Below, one piece after another: positions 24,371 to 35,870 of a DNA stretch of 64,000 bases. The notes under the pieces are model-generated. The model did no database searches, was not told the origin of the DNA, and saw only the letters and a list, made by a program, of their open reading frames with translations. Both the position numbers and the translations under genes were made by a program. Source of the stretch: Negaprion brevirostris (Eukaryota); the NCBI GenBank assembly GCA_030324005.1, contig JARDVH010000163.1, forward strand, positions 93,785,642 through 93,849,641, written 5' to 3'. Numbering within the stretch: position 1 is the stretch's first letter; each line of letters opens with the position of its first letter.

Positions 24371-25588
24371 ACAAGCCATAGAAAACAGACACAAGCTTGT
24401 GCTTTGTCTACTTCTTCATCTCTCGACATGGGAATTCTTCTAAGTCTATGGGATATATATTAGAATATAATTGTTAAAGGAATATAAATTTGTGAAGTAA
24501 AACCATTCATTTATGGCTTGAACAGAATAATGGACAGCGCCATAAAATTTGATCCCTAGGCCACCAGTAAAAATTGTGAACACCATGTATTAAAAGTGAG
24601 ATTTGATTTATTTAACCATTATAAATCAGTTGCCCAGACGTTACCTCTGACATGGCATAAACATTCTTATTGTAATAAATCAGCGTAAACTTTGACCCAC
24701 TGTGAGCAACACCATGGGAGAGCTGTTAAGAGCATAATATATTTCTACAAAGCATAATTAGTTTNNNNNNNNNNNNNNNNNNNNNNNNNNNNNNNNNNNN
24801 NNNNNNNNNNNNNNNNNNNNNNNNNNNNNNNNNNNNNNNNNNNNNNNNNNNNNNNNNNNNNNNNNNNNNNNNNNNNNNNNNNNNNNNNNNNNNNNNNNNN
24901 NNNNNNNNNNNNNNNNNNNNNNNNNNNNNNNNNNNNNNNNNNNNNNNNNNNNNNNNNNNNNNNNNNNNNNNNNNNNNNNNNNNNNNNNNNNNNNNNNNNN
25001 AATGGTAACCCCACTGATTGAAACTACTGCCTTGGCAAATTTCCTGCTTAATGTGGTCATTGGGACTCCTTTATCTTCTCCCACCATGTATACTCTTCTA
25101 CCCATATTCACCCCTTCAATCTTATCATCCTTCTGCTCTTATTATCTTGAACACAGATAAGGTTGTCTCAAACCACCTTGCTGTATCCCCCATTCCCCTC
25201 CAGTGGCACCCTCGCCAGCATTTACAACTGCACTTCTATTGTCTGATCTTAGATTTCCAATTGCTGCAAATTGAAAGGATGCCAGTGCCAGCAGAATCAT
25301 AAACAATACAAGAATCCAAGCTTATGGGAATGGAGGAAGAAAATGAGAAACATTTAAAAATTAAATCAGAAGATTACTTTTCAACTTTACGATGAGCAGA
25401 GACTTCTCAGAATGTTTTAATGAATAACTTTAGTAATGCAATGGAGCAATACAGTGAAAAATAATTTTAATTTCCATTAGGTACAGATAGAGAAATCCAT
25501 TGGCCCATTACACCACACTCGCTACTTGAAATTTGATATCTGGACAGTAATCCCATTTTGTTCAGAGGAGTTTACTATNNNNNNNNNN

Positions 25589-25630
<42 letters not shown>
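25589..25630. repeat. (GT)n microsatellite abutting a 10-N gap
   Basis: Perfect gt run of about 21 units. Confidence 0.95.
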
Positions 25631-25634
<4 letters not shown>

Positions 25635-25864
25635 TTATCATGGTACAATTTATTTTGTAACGTGCCACCAGGGAGGGGCAGTGATAAGTAGTACCATTCA
25701 TACAGAAATGTAGTTGTTTAAAGGTGTTGCATCTGGCGTGACTGATCTTAAAATCAAAACCAACTGCTTATATTTTACCTTGGCTGATTGTAAAATGCCT
25801 TAATGATATCAACAATTAATTTAAAGGTAAGCAGATCATAACATGCACAGTTTTCAGTTTTCAA

Positions 25865-26145
25865 ACCTCAATTAGCTGATCTCATCTGGAGGCTATTAGA
25901 TTGCTAAAATGACCACAATGCCCCTGGGTTAGTGAAACAAGAAGAAATCTGTCAGGGTTTCCATTCCTAACCACAGTCTGATGTCCCGGATGGAAAGTTT
26001 GTATGTGTATGCATATGTGGATACTGATTGGGCTGAGCTGTGATATGCATCATAGATGAATAGCCTGCACATGCACCGTGCAGTCATACACATGAAGAAT
26101 GGATTTGTGGGTGAGTTACTGGAAGCAACTGACATCTGGGATTAA
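25865..26145 (+). mobile_element. AmnSINE2-like old SINE, best-preserved copy
   Basis: Motifs in order: ttagctgatctca, cccctgggttag, cagggtttcc, ggaaagt, gggctgagctgtgat, gaatagcctgc, cacatgaagaatgg, tgggtgagttactgga. They match my recollection of the AmnSINE2 consensus and the other local copies. Confidence 0.7.
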
Positions 26146-26242
26146 ATCCAGGCTGCAACAGTACACATCACAGAGGATGAGACAAAATTGGGAAATATGC
26201 ATGAAGACCTATTAAAATGACCATTAGTACTTATTGGGTGAC

Positions 26243-26425
26243 TATAAAACCCCAGCAGTGCAGAAGAAGGCCATTTGACCCATCGAGTTTGACCCAACTC
26301 TCCGAAAGAGCGTTTTCACCCCCCCAACATGGGGAGAATGTGCAGACTCCAGACAGTCACCCAAAGCCGGAATCAAACCCAGGTCCTGGCATTGTAAGGC
26401 TGCAATGCTAATGACTGTGCTGCCC
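26243..26425 (-). mobile_element. HE1 V-SINE with internal deletion
   Basis: Tail cagtgcagaagaaggccatttgacccatcgag is joined to head ggggagaatgtgcagactcc...ggaatcaaacccaggtcctggc...gctaatgactgtgc. Confidence 0.85.
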
Positions 26426-29400
26426 ATACCTTGAAACAATGATTTGAATCATTGAATAAATTGAGAAAAGATTGCTCAGTTTTAGACCCAATGAAGATCA
26501 TAATTTGAATCTTTTTGGCTACTAGAACAGTATGAGAAATGGTAATGGTTAATTCAGATTAGCATACTGTTATTAGTTCCAATGATTCAAATGGATGATT
26601 GGAAGACACTAGTTACCATTTTTGTCTCCTTCCCATGAACATCATGGTACTTCCTGAGCAACCTTCAGGAGATGTCAGGTGAGGCTCATCTACTTCTCCT
26701 CGTGGTGGTATGCTCAGCTACTGCAAAGTTTTCTTGCTGCCAGCTCAGTCATGAATTAACGAAACTTATATTTCAAGCAAGAATAGACCAAATGTCAACC
26801 AAGGCTATAATTAAATTCTAGGTACTTTGGATGGCAGTCTTCATATTCAACTATTCAAGCTTAATTTAACGTTTTGAGAATATTTTTACCAGTAATAGTT
26901 AGTGTCTTCTATGAGAATCTATTTCACATTGAGTTGATACCACCTTTCTTAACATTACTTATCAATTCTTGGTCATACTAATTTGTTCTAAAATGGGAAA
27001 GTCTGGTCTTTGACTCAGTTCTATGGCTAAAAAAGGTTGAAATATTTTGGTTGTTTCTGTTTTACATTTTTTGACACATGATTTTTATTTAAAAGATAAC
27101 TGCATAAAGTGAAATTTACTGTGCAGCGTGGTACATGGCTTATATTTGAATTTCAGGATAAGACTTATTCCTTGGTAAATTGAAAATGCTACTGAGGGGC
27201 TTTAGTGCCTGTTGATTGGTGACAATTTCTTTTAAGAGGGATCAATGAGCAAAGCAGACATCAGGATTTATCATCAACTCCTGTGTCCACTGTTACACAA
27301 GTGTTAAAAAAAAAGCCTCAAGTGGAAGCAGAAGGGGAGGGACTATTCCTTCTGACTAAAGAGTCATTGCTATCACCCCATGTTGCCTGTTTCAGTCCTT
27401 CATCCCAAAAATTCTTTCTAGACACACCCAGTTATGAGTCAAAGAACTTCATGGCTCTCCTGCAGAGTTCTTAAAAAAAATTCACCCATTTCCTGGTTTA
27501 AGATTTAACATAAATAGATTTATTAGAAAAAACAACCACTGAAGTTGTACCAGCTATAACATAAACTCAGAAGTTACTTTATTCCGTATTTAAGCCACCA
27601 AAATGATGATTAGAAAAGGAAATAAATAATGCTGCTGACGAAAGCCAATTGTGTTTCTTTTTAAAAAGCCTATAGTGGTGTTAGAATTATTTTCACTTTT
27701 TGCTAAAAGATACAACATGTAGTTACAATCATTTAAACTGAATGTAGAGTTCTTCATCCAGTAATACATACAATAAAGCACTGCTCAACATTGTCTTAAG
27801 TGGTCCACAGTGAGCCAAGTAAATCTTCACAAAAAATATGTAGAGATTTGATTTTGGCAGACACTCATTGCTTCAAAACTTGCTACTTGTTATTGCTATG
27901 TTTTTTGGTAGCCAGTTTAAAAATCCTATTCCTGTTAGGTTCAACATTGAAATCTGCAAATATATTGCTTTATACATTGTGAAGATGGCAACTTTTTTAA
28001 GAATACAGTTCTTTCATACAGTGAGAATTTTTACTAAATCAATTTTGCTAATTTTTGTTGAAGTCAAACAGGAATTGTACAGGTTAGATTTGGATAAATA
28101 TTTGCATGGAAATTAACTTGGATAAAATTAGTTTAATGAAGTGGACTTTCATTTATGTCTTGTAATAAAGTACCTTAGTAGTTCCTTGAATAGTTAGATT
28201 TCTTTTGTAATAAATGTACAATTAGGTGGTTTTAATTCTTAATTACTGGCTTGATTGTTATCTTGTGGGATGTGAACAGTCTTGGTTGTGTTCAATCAAG
28301 TGTCCGCTTAGCCATGACCAGAAGTAATTGTTCTCAAGTGGTTTGCAAATAGCTATTAATGCTTACTTTGACCTCGTGACCTTTTCCACTCATTTTCAAG
28401 AGTTTTTTGGTTTGGTTTTGGGGTTAAGTAAAAATCTTGGTTGAACTACTTCTAGTAACTTATTTCTAGTTGGCAGCTGTTCTAGAACTTAAATATGTCA
28501 CCGTGAAGCATTGGGAATATTCAAATGAGAGCCACAATATTAGCCAGCAGCTTGCAGTCCATAGAAATGTACTAAAATTAGACATGGGGTAATATTTACA
28601 TTTTTGAGTGCATCTAAATTATGTTATCATTTTAAGGTTTGCTAATTTGTGCAGGGACACAAGATGCAAAGTTCCTGTTCCCTATTGTGGTTGTGTAGAC
28701 CAATAGTTTTATTTAGTGGAAAGGGGCATGAAAAGATTCTTTACGTATAATTTGTTTTGTCTGAATTGTGGGAAAACTGAACACACGAGTGAGGTTGATT
28801 TTATGAAAAGGTCTCTTGTATGCTCTGTGAGTTAGATCTAGTTGTTTAATTGGAGTTAAAGACATGTCCTTAACAAAACAGCAAAATAAGAAGGTTTTTT
28901 TCTCCAAAAGAAGCACAACTTTAACATGGTTAATAAGAATGGCCACATAGCCTGAGTCAGATTTATAATGTATAGCTTGTTTTACAGGTTACCCTAGCTA
29001 CAAAGCATATGTTCAAAGAAATGTGTGTATTTCATGGCTTTAATATTTTGCCAGCTTCTTAAAAATAATACTTGATTTATGGGAGTTGAGGCAGTTCTTC
29101 AGCATATTGCTGTTCTAAACAGAGGTTTATCAGAATGTGGCTGTAATCTCTAATGGATGACATCGAATGGAGACCAGTCACTTTTCACAGGGTGTGAAGA
29201 CAAGTGGGCACATTATCCTGGGTCAGTTTTGTCACTAAAATGTAATGCTGCATGTGTTGTACCAAGTTCACTTGGCCTGTGAAAAAAATCTAGCATTGTC
29301 TTTAAGAATGTGGAGTGTGCAATTTGAGTAAATAACATTAGAATGTTAGTTACAGGTCTGTCATTAGTAATGTCAATAAGATTATGAACTTGGAGATCAT

Positions 29401-29599
29401 ATACACTAAATTGTATCAGTGTAACTTTTCATACAACATTGATACAAACATGTTAACTAAACCTATTGACAACACAGGTACACTTATGCATCAGTACACA
29501 CAGGAATAGGTTGTCTGCCTGCTATTTATAGTGCTAGTGCTGTTGTGTAATGAACAGAAGGGTAGAGGGCAATGAATAACTTACTTTAAGATAAACTCA

Positions 29600-29845
29600 T
29601 TTGCTGTAATTGAGCCATGGCACTTTAACCAATCGAGGGAGAAATCAGGGTTTCAACTTCAGATCATCGTTTTGGAAGTGTGAATGTGTGATTGTTGAAT
29701 AAGGCTCAGATCAGGCAGGTAAGCATTTTGTTGCCTTCCACAATTAAATAATTTGCCAATACTGTCAAAGCTCACACTTGAGGAATAGTTACATGGTCAT
29801 GGGATTGGTAGGCTACTGGTTCTAGCAGTGCTGTATCCCAACATT
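29600..29845 (+). mobile_element. AmnSINE2-like old SINE
   Basis: gagggagaaatcagggtttc, ggaagtgtgaatgtgtg, actgtcaaagctcacacttgaggaatag and ctgtatcccaac are collinear with 25865-26145. Confidence 0.55.
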
Positions 29846-30052
29846 GTACATTGATCTGTTATGGTACTGTGCCTTTATGTACAGTAGTTGTGAAATAAAA
29901 TGGGAAAACTAAAAAAAATTTCAGCATCTTCAAGAAAGGCAAGAATAAGGGAGGAGGAAAAAATTTGCTTTTGTATAAAAGGAAATAAGCCAGGCAAACA
30001 TGATGTAAACCAATGCAACGTATGGTCAATTAACCTAACAGGGCTTTCTACT

Positions 30053-30210
30053 CATAAGAACATAAGAAATAGGAGCAGGAGTAGGCCATCTAACCCTTCG
30101 AGCCTGCCCCGCCATTCAGCAAGATCATGGCTGATCTGAAGTGGATCAGTTCCACTTTCCTGCTTTCTCTCCCAACCCTTAATTCCCCTGTCTATCAAAA
30201 ACCTATCTAC
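30053..30210 (-). mobile_element. 3' end of a relatively young CR1 LINE, running into a gap
   Basis: cataagaacataagaaataggagcaggagtaggcc...gagcctgccccgccattca shows the CR1 3' UTR with terminal 8-mer repeats and retained CpGs. Confidence 0.85.
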
Positions 30211-30385
30211 NNNNNNNNNNNNNNNNNNNNNNNNNNNNNNNNNNNNNNNNNNNNNNNNNNNNNNNNNNNNNNNNNNNNNNNNNNNNNNNNNNNNNNNNNN
30301 NNNNNNNNNNNNNNNNNNNNNNNNNNNNNNNNNNNNNNNNNNNNNNNNNNNNNNNNNNNNNNNNNNNNNNNNNNNNNNNNNNNNN

Positions 30386-30679
30386 TTTATGTCAGAAGTA
30401 CGCTTACATTAACACTGTAATGAAATTACTGTGAAAATCCTCTGGTCCTCACACTCCAGTGCCTGTTTGGGTATCCCGAGGAAGAATTTAGCATGGCTAG
30501 TGCACCTAACCAGCACATCTTTCGGATTGTGGGAGGAAACAGGAGCACCCAGAGGAAACCCGCGTAGAGACGAGGAGAACATGTAGACTCCACACAGACA
30601 ATGACCCAAGCCAGAAATCAAACCCGGGTCTCTGGTGCTGTGATGCAGCAGTACTAACCACTGTGCCACCATGCTGCCC
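30386..30679 (-). mobile_element. Full-length HE1-related V-SINE with the alternative 3' tail
   Basis: Head gggcagcatggtggcacagtggttagtactgctgc and V-domain, then tail ...gattttcacagtaatttcattacagtgttaatgtaagcgtacttctgacataaa. Confidence 0.9.
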
Positions 30680-30789
30680 ATTGTGTACAAAGATGGGATT
30701 TTTTCTGTTTCCTACAATAAAGAAAGTGCTTTGATTATTCTTGTTTTGTCCTTTTACTTGTTTCCTGAAGACTGGGCTTCCTCAGAGGG

Positions 30790-31195
30790 TCTCTTGCTCA
30801 TCATTCAAGACAAAGGTAACATTCCACATTTCTGGAATATTTGGTGGGGTTTCTGTGGGCACATAGGTGATTGCTAAGATTGACCTGAGCTTGGAAGGTT
30901 CTGTTGCAAATAGGACAGGATAGTGCAGATGATTGTGTATTAGCTGAGTTTCTGGTTTGAGATTTCCTCTCCTTGTGCAAACAAAGGAGTCTACGTTGTC
31001 TTTTATTTGTTTGAACCAGGTGCAGTGATTCTGGGTGAGCTTCTCTGAGAACTCAGGGATGATATCAAGAGTGTCCTTATAGCAATTCCTTTGACTACCA
31101 TGAGAATGCATGACAGACACAGAAAATTCACTTTGATGAGTATTAGGTATTCTGGATACGTGACCAGACCAACTTGGTTGTGATTGTCTCAATGT
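30790..31195 (-). mobile_element. 3' fragment of an RTE-clade LINE, decayed
   Basis: The ORF reads QPSWSGHVSRIPNT...GSQRNCYKDTL (RTE motif QLRWxGHVxRM...GGQRKRYKDTL). A shifted frame gives the C-terminal C2H2 finger CPICNRTFQAQVNLSNHLCAH. Confidence 0.75.
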
Positions 31196-31196
31196 T

Positions 31197-33170
31197 TTTG
31201 TTTATTCAGTCATGGGATGTGCCACATTTTTCCCATCCTTAATTGCCCTTCTAAAGGTGATGTTGAGCTACCTTTTTGAACCATTACAGGCTATCTGACA
31301 TAGGTGCAACCATAGTGCTGTTAGAGGGAGTTCCAGGATTTTCACCCAGTGAGAGTGAAGGAATGTGACATATTTCCAAGTCTGGTTGGTGACTGGTTTG
31401 GAGGGGAACTTCCAGGTGATGGTGTTCCCATGTGTCTGCTGCCCTTGTCATTCTAGATGATGGTGCTCATTGGTTTGGAAGGTGCTGACTAAGGATTCCT
31501 GCTGAGTTCCTGCAGTGTATTTTGTAGGTAGTACACACTGCTGCCACTTTGTATCAGTGGTGTAGGGAACGCATGTTTGTGGATGAGTTACCAATCAAGT
31601 AGGCTGCTTTGTTCTGAATGGTATCAACCTTCTTGAATGTTGTTGGAGCTGCACTTGAACAGGAAAGTGGAGAGTATTCTATCACATTCCTGACTATGCC
31701 TTTGGTTTGGATGGTGCTGAACATTCTTTATACTTTTTAATGGAATGAAGGTAATTGATGAAAGGTTGAAGGTGGTTGGGCCATGGACACTATCTTGAGG
31801 AGCTCCTGCTATGATGTCCTGGAACTGAGATAATTGAGCTCTAACGACCACAACCATCTTTCTTTGTGCTAGCCATCACCTCAACCAACAGGGGGTTTCC
31901 CTCTTGATTCCCATTGGCGCCAGTTTTGCTAGGGCTCCTTGATGCTACACTTAGTCAACTGCTGCCTTGGTGCCAAGGGCAGTCACTCTCACCTCACTTC
32001 TGAAGTTCAGCTCTTCTGTCCATGTTTGAACAAAGGTTGTAATGAGGTCAAGAACTGAGTGGCCTTGGTATAATCCAGATTATTGCTCAGCAAGTACTGC
32101 TTGATAGCACTCATGATCCTTTCCATCACTTTGATGATCAAGAGCAGACTGCTGGGATGATAATGGACTGGATTGGATTTGTCCTGTTTTTTGTGTACAG
32201 GACATACCAGGGAATCTTCTACATGGTAGGGTAGATGTCAATGCTGTAGCTGTACTTGAATAATTTGGCTAGGGTTGTGGTAAATTCTGAGCACGTCTTC
32301 AGGACAATTGCCAGGATCCATAGCCTTTGCCGTATTCAGTGGCTACAGTTGTTCCTTGATAATATGTGGAGTGAATCGAATTGTCTGAAGACTGAAAGGT
32401 GTGATGCTCAAAACCCCATTTCCTCCAGTGAGCTATTTAATTGTCTACCACTATGACTGGATGTGGCAGGATTGCAGAGCTTAGATCTGATCTCTTGGTT
32501 ATGGAATCATTTAGTTCCACTTATCACTTGCTGCTTCTGCTGTTTGGCACATGAGTAGTCCAATGTTATAGTTTCACCTCATCTTTAGGCATGCCTGATG
32601 CTGCTCCTGGCTTGGCCTTCTGCACTATTCATTGAACAAGGGTTGATCCCTTGACTTAGTGGAAGTGGTAGAATGGGAGATGTGCTGGGCCATGAAGTTA
32701 CAGATTGTGGTTGAGTACTATTCTGTTGCTGCCAATTGCCACAGTGCCTCGTGGTTGCTAGATCTGTTCAAAATTTATCTCATTTAGCGTGGTGGTAGTG
32801 CCACACAACACGATGGAAGTTAGTGACAGTGTGATTAGTCTGAAATAAGGTCAGGAATGAGAAACTGGTCACTCCTACAGGTACATCTACAGCAGTAGTC
32901 GGTGAAGATGATGTCAAGTATGTTTTTCCATTTTGTTGGTTCCCTCACCACTTGCTGTAGACCAGGCCAGAATTCTCAGATGTTGCCCGCTCCATCCTTG
33001 CTGCCTGAGAGAACAGATAATTTGACATGGGGCCAAATCTCCATTCACTGCAGAGGGACCGCATAATCTCAGCCATGGGCAAGGTCTAGAATTCCGACCC
33101 AGACGGCAACAATATCCTTTAAAACTCGGCCAGCTTGGTCCAAAGTGATGCTACTGAGTCAGTCTTGACT
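31197..33170 (-). mobile_element. CR1-group LINE, ORF2 RT region to 3' UTR, decayed
   Basis: Minus-strand VVVVRAQLSQFQDIIAGAPQDSVHGPTTF matches the GVPQGSVLGP motif, and the 3' tail ttattcagtcatgggatgt...cccatccttaattgccctt is present. Confidence 0.85.
32964..33100. mobile_element. About 137-bp MITE nested in the LINE
   Basis: TIRs aggccagaattct / agaattccgaccc; the internal ctccattcactgcagagggacc is shared with 37381-37516. Confidence 0.8.
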
Positions 33171-33254
33171 GAACGAGTTCAGATTTCTGCCTTGGCTCCT
33201 GGGCCTTATCACTTAGAAACAATGAAAACTATCAAACTCTGATCTAACATTAAC

Positions 33255-33790
33255 GGATATTACTCCAGCCATACTAAATGCCCATTTTTCTTGTCTGAGC
33301 TTGGACATTGGATCTTACAACTAAGTCCAATTAGAACATAGAATCCCTATAGTACAGAAGGAGGCCATTTGGCCCGTTGATTCTGTACCGACCACAATCC
33401 TACCCAGACCCTATTCCCATAACCCCACACATTTACCCTGCTAATCCCCCTGACACGAGGATCAATTTAGCACGGCCAATCCACCTAACCTGCACATTTT
33501 TGGACCGTGGGAGGAAACCGGAGCACACAGAGGAAACCCACGCAGACAGTGACTCGAGCCAGGAATCAAACCCAGGTCCCTGGCACTGTGAGGCAGCAGT
33601 GCTAACCACTGGGCCACCATGTCTTAATTGTACACTCCTATCTGCATACTTCCAGCAGAAGTCACAGAACAGTTTTTCCTGTTCCCAGTTGGGAGGACAG
33701 TCCTCAGTGCTCCCAGCTTAGGTTAACAAGCTCAGCATTGATCAAGAATCAATCCAGGTTTAATGTATTTATCCACTGAACTGCTGGTGA
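33255..33790 (-). mobile_element. AmnSINE2-like old SINE interrupted by HE1
   Basis: ccatttttcttgtctgagcttggacattg and acaactaagtccaat lie on the left; acttccagcagaagtcac...caagctcagcattgatcaagaatcaatcc...tttatccactgaac lies on the right. Confidence 0.6.
33332..33622 (-). mobile_element. HE1 V-SINE, near full length
   Basis: tagaacatagaatccctatagtacagaaggaggcc...gggaggaaaccggagcac...ggcactgtgaggcagcagtgctaaccact. Confidence 0.9.
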
Positions 33791-34449
33791 CAGTGAAAAT
33801 TGTAGCTCAATTTCCATAATCAGTGTTGAATACAATGCAATCATGTTTTTATTAATAGAAGTAAATTATAGTATGTAGTTTGCAGTAGTTTGTTTTCAAT
33901 CGGTTGCACTCTGCACATTATGTTGTTACTTATATAGCTTTATAAAGTAAACAGTTCTTCTTAAATTGTTATCATTTGAAGAATTGATAGAACTGATTTC
34001 CACTCCACACTGTCTTTCCACAATTTTTCTCTTTACAGTCTCTCCTTATCTAAAAGCTATGACATGCTGTGGCCATTTCAAAATAGCTTGTGCATAATGG
34101 CCTTTCTTGAAATGAATGTGGCAGTTTGGTACTCAGAGATTTAAGCACATGTCTGAATCTTTCATTGCCCAATGTTTATACAAAACATTTAGGCAAGTTT
34201 TCTCTCTTCTCCTTTCTTGTCCACATGAATTCGACAAACATTAAAACCGGTCTTCTTAGCAGTGGCCAATCAATAGGCTGCAACTCCACACAAGAACAAT
34301 TCAGTTTCTCCAAGTGAATAGCATGAGGCATTCACTTTCATCTACAAAAGGATCAAAGCCTGTTTTGGACAATCTCTTCAGCTATATTGAACTTGAATAA
34401 TTTTGAAGCATCATTTCAGGTAATGTCCTGAGCACTCATTGTATATTTA

Positions 34450-34820
34450 TCTTTATTCTTTCATGGGGTGTGGGCATTGCTGTCTATCACTAATGGTCCT
34501 TGAAAAATGTGGCATTTCTGATGGCAGTTAAGAATCAACTACATTGCTATGGTCTGGAGTCATATGTAGGCCAGAGCCGGTGAGGATGGCAAATTTCCTT
34601 TCCTAAAGGACATGAGTGAACCAGATGGGGTTTTTACAACAATTAAATATAAGTGTCTTCACCACCATTGCTGTCACTAGCTTTTATACACCAGATTTAT
34701 TAATTTAAACTCCACCCAGTTGCCATGGTGAAATTTGAAACCTGAGCTCCAAGCATTGCCTGGTCTAATTCAGTGCCTGGGCCTCTGGATTACTAGTCCA
34801 GTAACATTACCACTACATCA
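34450..34820 (-). mobile_element. tRNA-derived SINE with a CR1-group LINE tail
   Basis: Head reverse complement gtagtggtaatgttactggactagtaatccagaggcccagg, body gaaccagatggggtttttacaacaat, and tail ttattctttcatggggtgtgggcattgc. Confidence 0.8.
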
Positions 34821-34934
34821 TTTTCACTCTTGAATCCCACAAACATTTGAGTACAAGTATGGCTTGATGTCATTTTATACCATGATAAAGTTACTAAGAC
34901 AAACTAAACTGAGATATTAGTACAGTTGTGAAGT

Positions 34935-35670
34935 GACATTCATGCCACAAAGTGCCAGGCAATGACTACCTCAAACAACAGACTATCTAACCCATATCCA
35001 TTGATGTTCAGTGGTGTTAATATCATGGTGACAGCGAAACCTTAGGGTTATAGTGGACTAGAAATTTAATTGAGTCAGCCATATAAATATTGTCACTACA
35101 AGACTAGGCTATGGCTGCAAGTAACTCACTTCATGACTCCCCAACGTCTATCCAATTTTTCTAATGCACAAGTTAGGAGTGTGATGGAGTACTCTCCACT
35201 TGCTTGGATTGGTGCAGCTTCAACTCAAGAGGCTCAACACTTCCAAGACAAAGCAGCCCACATAATTCGCACTGCATTCACCACCTTAACCATTCACCCA
35301 CTCCATCGCTGCCATATATTGGCAGCAGTATGTGCTATCTACAAGATTCACTGTAGCAGCTTGCCTCAGCTTCTTCAGGAGTGCCTACTAAATGTACCAC
35401 CTAAAAGAACAAGGACAGCGGATGCATGGGGTCACCACAACCTGAAAGTTCCCTTCCGAGTTACACACCATTCTGATTTGGACTACATTGCTGTTCTTTC
35501 ACTGTTGCTGGATCAAATGCTAGAACATACTCCCAAACATGACTGTGGATATACCTAAACCAGATTGACTGCAACAGTTAAAGAAGGCAGTTAACTGCCA
35601 CCTGGCAATTAGTGATGGTTATTAAATGCTAATTTTGCCAGGAATGTTCACATTCCATGAATAAATAAAA
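34935..35670 (+). mobile_element. CR1-group LINE 3' fragment, same family as 31197-33170
   Basis: ORF 35070-35558 reads AQVRSVMEYSPLAWIGAAST...QDKAAHII, the post-RT region; tail ggcaattagtgatgg...cacattccatgaataaataaaa. Confidence 0.85.
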
Positions 35671-35870
35671 TAAACCTATCTTTTCAATTATCTAATTTAT
35701 TTTAGTATCCAAACAATCTAGATTTGATTCATATAATACTATCAGCACACAATAACTGCTTATGATGGTATGTTGGTTTTGGCATGATGCTGTGTAATTA
35801 ACACTGCTTCCCATTACCTAATAAGGACAACACTAATTAAGTTATTTACAAGATGAAAACAAATGTGACT

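Noticed and set aside
35070-35558. 162-aa ORF as a host gene
   Set aside because: It is the post-RT part of a decayed CR1-group LINE ORF2.
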